Shown here in pieces: positions 59,463-64,000 of a stretch of 64,000 nucleotides of DNA (positions are counted from its first letter, which is position 1; every line of letters starts with the position of its first letter). A model generated the notes under the pieces. It worked only from the letters and a program-made list of their open reading frames with translations. It was not told the DNA's origin and made no database searches. The stretch covers positions 1,472,001-1,536,000 of the forward strand of contig CBDCWG010000012.1 of the NCBI GenBank assembly GCA_965223345.1, read 5' to 3'. Source of the stretch: Nitrospinales bacterium (lineage in GTDB: Bacteria > Nitrospinota > Nitrospinia > Nitrospinales > VA-1). The position numbers were made by a program, and so were the translations under genes.

Positions 59463-60833
59463 TCATTCGCTCGGCGCGTCGGCGTCGAGCAAATCGGTCT
59501 CTCTGTCCTTACGGCGTTCTTCCTCCACCTTTTCTTCCATTTGTGTGTCCTTGTCCGTGTCCGCAGCTTCTTCGGTCCGCGAAGATCCCGCGTTGCCCGA
59601 TTCCGGTTTGAATCTCATGGGAACGATTTTTTCATTGGCAAGTGAAGGGGTTTTTGCGAACCGCAGCCGGTAGATCGGCTCCGGAAGCTCCATGCCGTTC
59701 TCCTCCAGAACCGTTTTGGTCAATCGAATGGCCTCGCTGCGTGCAGCAAACAGACTGGTCTTTCTCTGGTCGATCCAGCCTGCGAACCACAGAATCACAC
59801 TGGAATCTCCGACTGTTTCGATCCAGCCCAGAGGTTTGGGCTCGTCGAGGACAAATTCCAGCGTTTCTATACTCGCAATGCCCAGATCGACCGCTCGTTT
59901 GAGGTCTGCATCCGCGTTCACACCGAGGGTGAATTCGAAACGGCGTTCGGCGTGAACGCTGAAATTCTTAATAACACCCTTGAACACTCTGGAGTTGGGG
60001 ATGCGCACGTGGTTGCCGTCGAATGTGAGCAGCACCGTCGCCCGGGACGTGAGCCGGATGACGTGGCCTTCCCATTCTTCGATCAGCACGTGGTCGTTGG
60101 GGCGAAAGGGCTGCCGGATGCTCAGCAGAATGCTCGCGATGTAATTTTCGATGGTGTCGCGGACGGCAAACCCGAAAGCCAGCCCGACGATTCCCGCCGC
60201 ACCGAGCAACGTTCCCAGAAGTGCGGTGGCTCCCAGTATGTCCAGCGCCGCCACCAGGCCCAGCACGACGAAGACCAGACGCACCAGCTGTCGTATGAGG
60301 TCGGCAAGAAACGCATTGGGAGCGATCTTGTTCCAGGGATTTTTGAGTCGTGCGATCCAGAGACCCAGCAGCACGCAGGCGAGGAAGGCGGCGGCCGCCA
60401 CGCCGAACAGGGGCATGAACCGGATGCCTTCCTGCAGCCGATCGAACAGTTTTGCCAGCGCCGGGGTCAGGCGCTCTTCCACAGACGTTTCCTGCCGGAT
60501 TTCGTTGTTGATCGTCACCACGCCTTCGACCCGCGCGGTAAGCTCCTCCGCCTGCTGGATGGTTTCCGAGTCGATGACGCTTCCTTTCAGCGTCACCACT
60601 CCTGCGTTCACTGTGACGGAGACCTCTCGCAGCGCTTCGATCTCATCGAAGATGGAACGGATGCGTTCGTGAATCGCCTGATCCGATTGCGTTGTGTGGT
60701 TCAGCTCGATCGCTGGCGGCGCCGGTTCTGCGTCCTTGCCGTTCTGTGCGTGCGCCGCATGCACGAGAACGAGTGCCCATACGATCGGAATAAGGATAAA
60801 TACGTTGCGTGCGGTGATGGTTGAGATTCGCAT
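59463..60833 (-). CDS. BON-domain MscS mechanosensitive channel
   Basis: Signal, V.V..GVVTLKG..VEGV BON, GFAVRDTIENY, PFRPND, RIPN. Confidence 0.9.
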   Translation of the reverse strand: MRISTITARNVFILIPIVWALVLVHAAHAQNGKDAEPAPPAIELNHTTQSDQAIHERIRSIFDEIEALREVSVTVNAGVVTLKGSVIDSETIQQAEELTARVEGVVTINNEIRQETSVEERLTPALAKLFDRLQEGIRFMPLFGVAAAAFLACVLLGLWIARLKNPWNKIAPNAFLADLIRQLVRLVFVVLGLVAALDILGATALLGTLLGAAGIVGLAFGFAVRDTIENYIASILLSIRQPFRPNDHVLIEEWEGHVIRLTSRATVLLTFDGNHVRIPNSRVFKGVIKNFSVHAERRFEFTLGVNADADLKRAVDLGIASIETLEFVLDEPKPLGWIETVGDSSVILWFAGWIDQRKTSLFAARSEAIRLTKTVLEENGMELPEPIYRLRFAKTPSLANEKIVPMRFKPESGNAGSSRTEEAADTDKDTQMEEKVEEERRKDRETDLLDADAPSE

Positions 60834-61229
60834 TGAAGCCTTCCAGAGAAAAGATCGTTGCAGTAAGAAGAAAGCAAATACTCTGCCATAAATCACTTCT
60901 GATGAAGATACCTGCCGGACCTGGATCGAGTGCTGCATTCAAGGTCATTTGTTTGAAATTTACTGGTACGAACCTCGCAAACCCTGGCGGTTGTGCTGCG
61001 TTAATCCGTGAAAATGGGAAGCGATAACCACCATGAGTGGTGCAAATACACCGCCCATCCCTGCATCTTCGACCTTGGCAGCGAACCCATCGTCCATTCC
61101 ATGAACACTTTGAGCCGATGGCATCGGTCTTGCTTTTATTAAGTGGTGTCCACACAGGCAAACCGGTTTTACCGGTGACTTTCAGCGCGAAAACGTTGTT
61201 CAAGCAATCAAATTAACGAAGGAGAGCAC

Positions 61230-61391
61230 ATGGCGGACTTTCTTCGAATCCTGCTGTCTATCCTGATTCCACCGCTGGGTGTTTTTATGCAGGTGGGGAT
61301 CGGGAAGGATTTCTGGATCAATATTCTGTTGACCATTTTGGGCTATATCCCCGGAATCGTCCACGCTGTCTGGATCATTGCGAAACGGTGA
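61230..61391 (+). CDS. yqaE: YqaE/Pmp3-family membrane proteolipid (53 aa, absent from ORF track)
   Basis: MADFLRILLSILIPPLGVF..G.GKDFWINILLTILGYIPGIVHAVWII; RBS AAGGAG. Confidence 0.92.
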   Translation: MADFLRILLSILIPPLGVFMQVGIGKDFWINILLTILGYIPGIVHAVWIIAKR

Positions 61392-61431
61392 CCGGCCGAT
61401 ACGGCCCGGCATTTTTTAAAAGGAACCCTGC

Positions 61432-61908
61432 TTGAATAATCCGTACGTTGAGCGTTCTAAAAACAAGTTGAATCGGCTTGCCTGGTTGCTGGACAGCTCC
61501 ATCCCGATCCCTGGAACACAACTGCGGTTCGGTCTCGATGGTTTGATCGGTTTGATTCCAGGAATCGGCGATACGGCCGGCGCCATCATTTCAAGTTATA
61601 TCATTGCGCAGGCGTCGCAATTGGGCGCTCCAAAATCGATTCTTATAAAGATGGCATTCAATGTTTGCATGGACGCCGTGCTGGGAATCGTTCCTGTTTT
61701 GGGAGACTTGACGGATTTTGTCTGGAAGGCCAACCAGCGCAACGTACAGTTGTTGAGCGACTACCTGGACCGTCCCCAGCAAACAGTGGTTCACAGCCAG
61801 TTGTTCGTCGGGGTCATGGTCGTCGTGGTGGCTCTGGTTGTGATAGCTGTTGGCGCATTCGGTTTTCTTCTCATGCGCTGGCTCTGGATATCGGTACAGG
61901 GAGCATGA
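61432..61908 (+). CDS. DUF4112-family membrane protein
   Basis: LLDSSI.IPGT..RFGLD.LIGLIPG.GD; D..LG.VP..GD..D..WKAN.RN. Confidence 0.85.
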   Translation: MNNPYVERSKNKLNRLAWLLDSSIPIPGTQLRFGLDGLIGLIPGIGDTAGAIISSYIIAQASQLGAPKSILIKMAFNVCMDAVLGIVPVLGDLTDFVWKANQRNVQLLSDYLDRPQQTVVHSQLFVGVMVVVVALVVIAVGAFGFLLMRWLWISVQGA

Positions 61909-62138
61909 TTATTTTATCTTCCGGTTTCAGTCTATCGGAAAACGGATGGGTTTAAATGCATGCTGTTCATCGATAAACCTGCGCACTTGTATGTGTGAGT
62001 TGCGTGCCCTCATCCGTATTGCAAGTCTGAATATAAAACCACCAGTTGGTTTATTTCCACCACCGCCTGCGCTCTTAACGGAACGATCGATAAAAAAATT
62101 GGTCATGAATAACAAGATTTTAGAGGGGTAGCGCCGTT

Positions 62139-62154
62139 TGGCACTGGTCTTGCT
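62139..62154 (+). promoter_or_regulatory. sigma54 promoter
   Basis: TGGCAC-TGGTC-TTGCT, full consensus, about 95 nt before the DUF1328 gene. Confidence 0.75.
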
Positions 62155-62247
62155 CAATCAGGGGGCATACAGGAGAGAAAGTTAAGGAGGCGGTTGCTAC
62201 CTCTTGTAGAGACCCACTCCGCTTACAAACATATTAGGAGAAAGATC

Positions 62248-62421
62248 ATGCTTAATTTGGCAATCACATTTTTTGTCGTCGCATTGATTGCAGCTGTGCT
62301 CGGATTTGGCGGCATCGCCGGAACGGCTGCTGGAATCGCGCAAACAATTTTCTATATCTTTCTGGTTTTACTTCTTATCTCTGTTGTCATGCACGTTGTT
62401 CGGGGGAAACGTCCTCTGTAA
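62248..62421 (+). CDS. DUF1328 (YtjA-like) small membrane protein
   Basis: [32 protein letters not shown]. Confidence 0.9.
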   Translation: MLNLAITFFVVALIAAVLGFGGIAGTAAGIAQTIFYIFLVLLLISVVMHVVRGKRPL

Positions 62422-62472
62422 ATCATATATTCGTTTAAAAACACGCATCATCATTTGAAGAAAGGATAAACG

Positions 62473-62679
62473 ATGAACAAAGACATCGCAGAAGGAAAAT
62501 GGAAACAGCTCAAAGGCAAGGTGAAGGAAACCTGGGGCAAGTTGACGGACGATGAAATCGACCGCATCAACGGCCAGGCCGAGCAGCTCACAGGCATGAT
62601 TCAGGAGAAATACGGCATCTCGCGGGAAGAAGCGGAAGAGCAGGCGGAATCGTTCCGGAGCCGTCACGGTTGCGACTGA
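62473..62679 (+). CDS. csbD: CsbD-family stress protein
   Basis: MNKD..EGKWKQLKG.VKE.WGKLTDD. Confidence 0.92.
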   Translation: MNKDIAEGKWKQLKGKVKETWGKLTDDEIDRINGQAEQLTGMIQEKYGISREEAEEQAESFRSRHGCD

Positions 62680-62726
62680 GCGCCGGTCAGCTTCTTTTCA
62701 TTTCTATTCAATCAATGAGAAACCGT

Positions 62727-62966
62727 ATGAACTTCAATCTGAATCAACAGAAATGGAAGAAGGTAAAAGCTAAAATCCAACTCACGTGGTGCGAATTCAC
62801 TGAACAGGAAATCGAGTTGATTCATGGCGACGTGCAGCGCCTGGCACTGGCATTGGAAAAGAAGTATGGAACCTCTACAGAAGAAGCTCAGCGGCAGGCG
62901 GAGTTGTTCAAACAACGCTACGAATTCATCTGGCCTGGAAAATTTAATTGCATCATCAAACCTTAG
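62727..62966 (+). CDS. CsbD-like protein
   Basis: W..VK.KI...W..FTE.EI..I.G....L...LEKKYG...EEA. Confidence 0.7.
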   Translation: MNFNLNQQKWKKVKAKIQLTWCEFTEQEIELIHGDVQRLALALEKKYGTSTEEAQRQAELFKQRYEFIWPGKFNCIIKP

Positions 62967-62976
62967 GAGAACAAAG

Positions 62977-63669
62977 ATGACTCAAATCTTCAAGAATAAA
63001 TCCAAGAACCCCTCTTTCATTGTGTTTGTGTTTTTCGCTCTGTTCGGTGCTTTGACCCTTGCGGGTGGCAGCGTGCAGGCGTCGGATGGAACCAAGCATT
63101 CCAAAGCAACGAAGCAATCCAAAGCAGATAAAGAATGCGATTCGAAATCTTCCAAAGGATCCGACACTTGGATTGAAGGCAAACTGGAAGGCGCTTATCT
63201 ATTGAACAAGCATCTCAATTCCATGGAAATCGACACGGTGGTTAAAAATCAAACCGTATTCCTTTCCGGCAACGTGGACACGGAGGTTGAAAAGGATCTG
63301 GCCGGCGAAATCGCCAAAAGCATCGAAGGTGTGGAGGAAGTGGAGAACAAGCTGACCGTTCGTCCTGAGAAATTTAGAAAGAAGCAGGAAAAGTCCGCCA
63401 AGAAGGATGAGACTGACGACGATGGAGAACGGGATTTCGTGCAGAAAGTGAAAGACGCCTCCATCACCGCAGCAGTCAAAGTCAAACTGCTCGCCAATAG
63501 CAATACGGATGGCAGCGATATCAACGTCGATACCCAGCGGCAAACCGTAACGCTGCGCGGAAAGGTGCACTCTCCGGAAGAGAAGGATCTGGCTGAAAAA
63601 ATCGCCATGAACACGGAAGATGTGCTCAAAGTGGCCAATGAACTGAAAGTGGACGCATCGAAAGAATGA
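62977..63669 (+). CDS. osmY: OsmY-like double BON-domain protein
   Basis: Signal peptide; two BON domains (DTWI..K, DASITA.VK..L). Confidence 0.88.
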   Translation: MTQIFKNKSKNPSFIVFVFFALFGALTLAGGSVQASDGTKHSKATKQSKADKECDSKSSKGSDTWIEGKLEGAYLLNKHLNSMEIDTVVKNQTVFLSGNVDTEVEKDLAGEIAKSIEGVEEVENKLTVRPEKFRKKQEKSAKKDETDDDGERDFVQKVKDASITAAVKVKLLANSNTDGSDINVDTQRQTVTLRGKVHSPEEKDLAEKIAMNTEDVLKVANELKVDASKE

Positions 63670-63726
63670 GCGTCCTCCCCGACGCTTTGGTGAGTGCCGC
63701 CGGTCCAGCCCCCGGGCGGCTCACTC

Positions 63727-63768
63727 AGCCGGCCAGACCCGAAACGGTCTGGCCGGTTTGTGTTTTTT
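63727..63768 (+). terminator. Rho-independent terminator
   Basis: CCGGCCAGACC-CGAAAC-GGTCTGGCCGG then T-rich tail. Confidence 0.8.
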
Positions 63769-64000
63769 CGCAAGCCTGAACTCCCATCCTGCTCCCAGCA
63801 GGCAGTAACCCCATACAACCGCCCGTTAAATTAATCTTTCAGGCTGCGACGGATTCGGTTTTCGGAACAGGTCCTTTCAAGTTTAGAATTACTTTCAAAG
63901 TATAGTGATATTCATAGAAATTGGGCAAAAAATGTTGTACTTTGAGCTGTCGAATTAATATTACGTCCCCCCCCCCAATCTTGTGCTTCTGGCGATCAGA

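Overview
Mosaic chromosomal window from a Nitrospina/Nitrospinota-like nitrite oxidiser, inferred from a periplasmic-type nxrABC operon (14918-20878) that sits behind a NarX/NarL-like two-component pair. The left ~11.6 kb ends in a 3' fragment of tRNA-Lys(CTT), a probable island junction. That block carries an MtrA/MtrB-type multiheme cytochrome-porin pair, a caspase-FGE fusion, a divergent UndA-like diiron enzyme and, most unusually, a probable sigma54 operon of seven small secreted proteins. Several of these share paralogous leader and signal DNA but have hypervariable, mostly Cys-paired mature regions, and a perfect 32-bp triple palindrome lies in the shared promoter region. Right of nxr are a TPR protein, a cytochrome c, a GC-rich amino-acid catabolism-like block (2-oxoacid:ferredoxin oxidoreductase, ADP-forming acyl-CoA synthetase, amino-acid dehydrogenase, M20 hydrolase, GNAT-cNMP), a GT4 plus phosphatase fusion, two signalling clusters (one with a PilJ/NarX-like plus heme-c sensor and an ~850-bp duplicated kinase module) and an osmotic/general-stress cluster (Trk, MscS x2, Pmp3, CsbD, OsmY). 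All calls are from motif recognition by eye; no searches were run.
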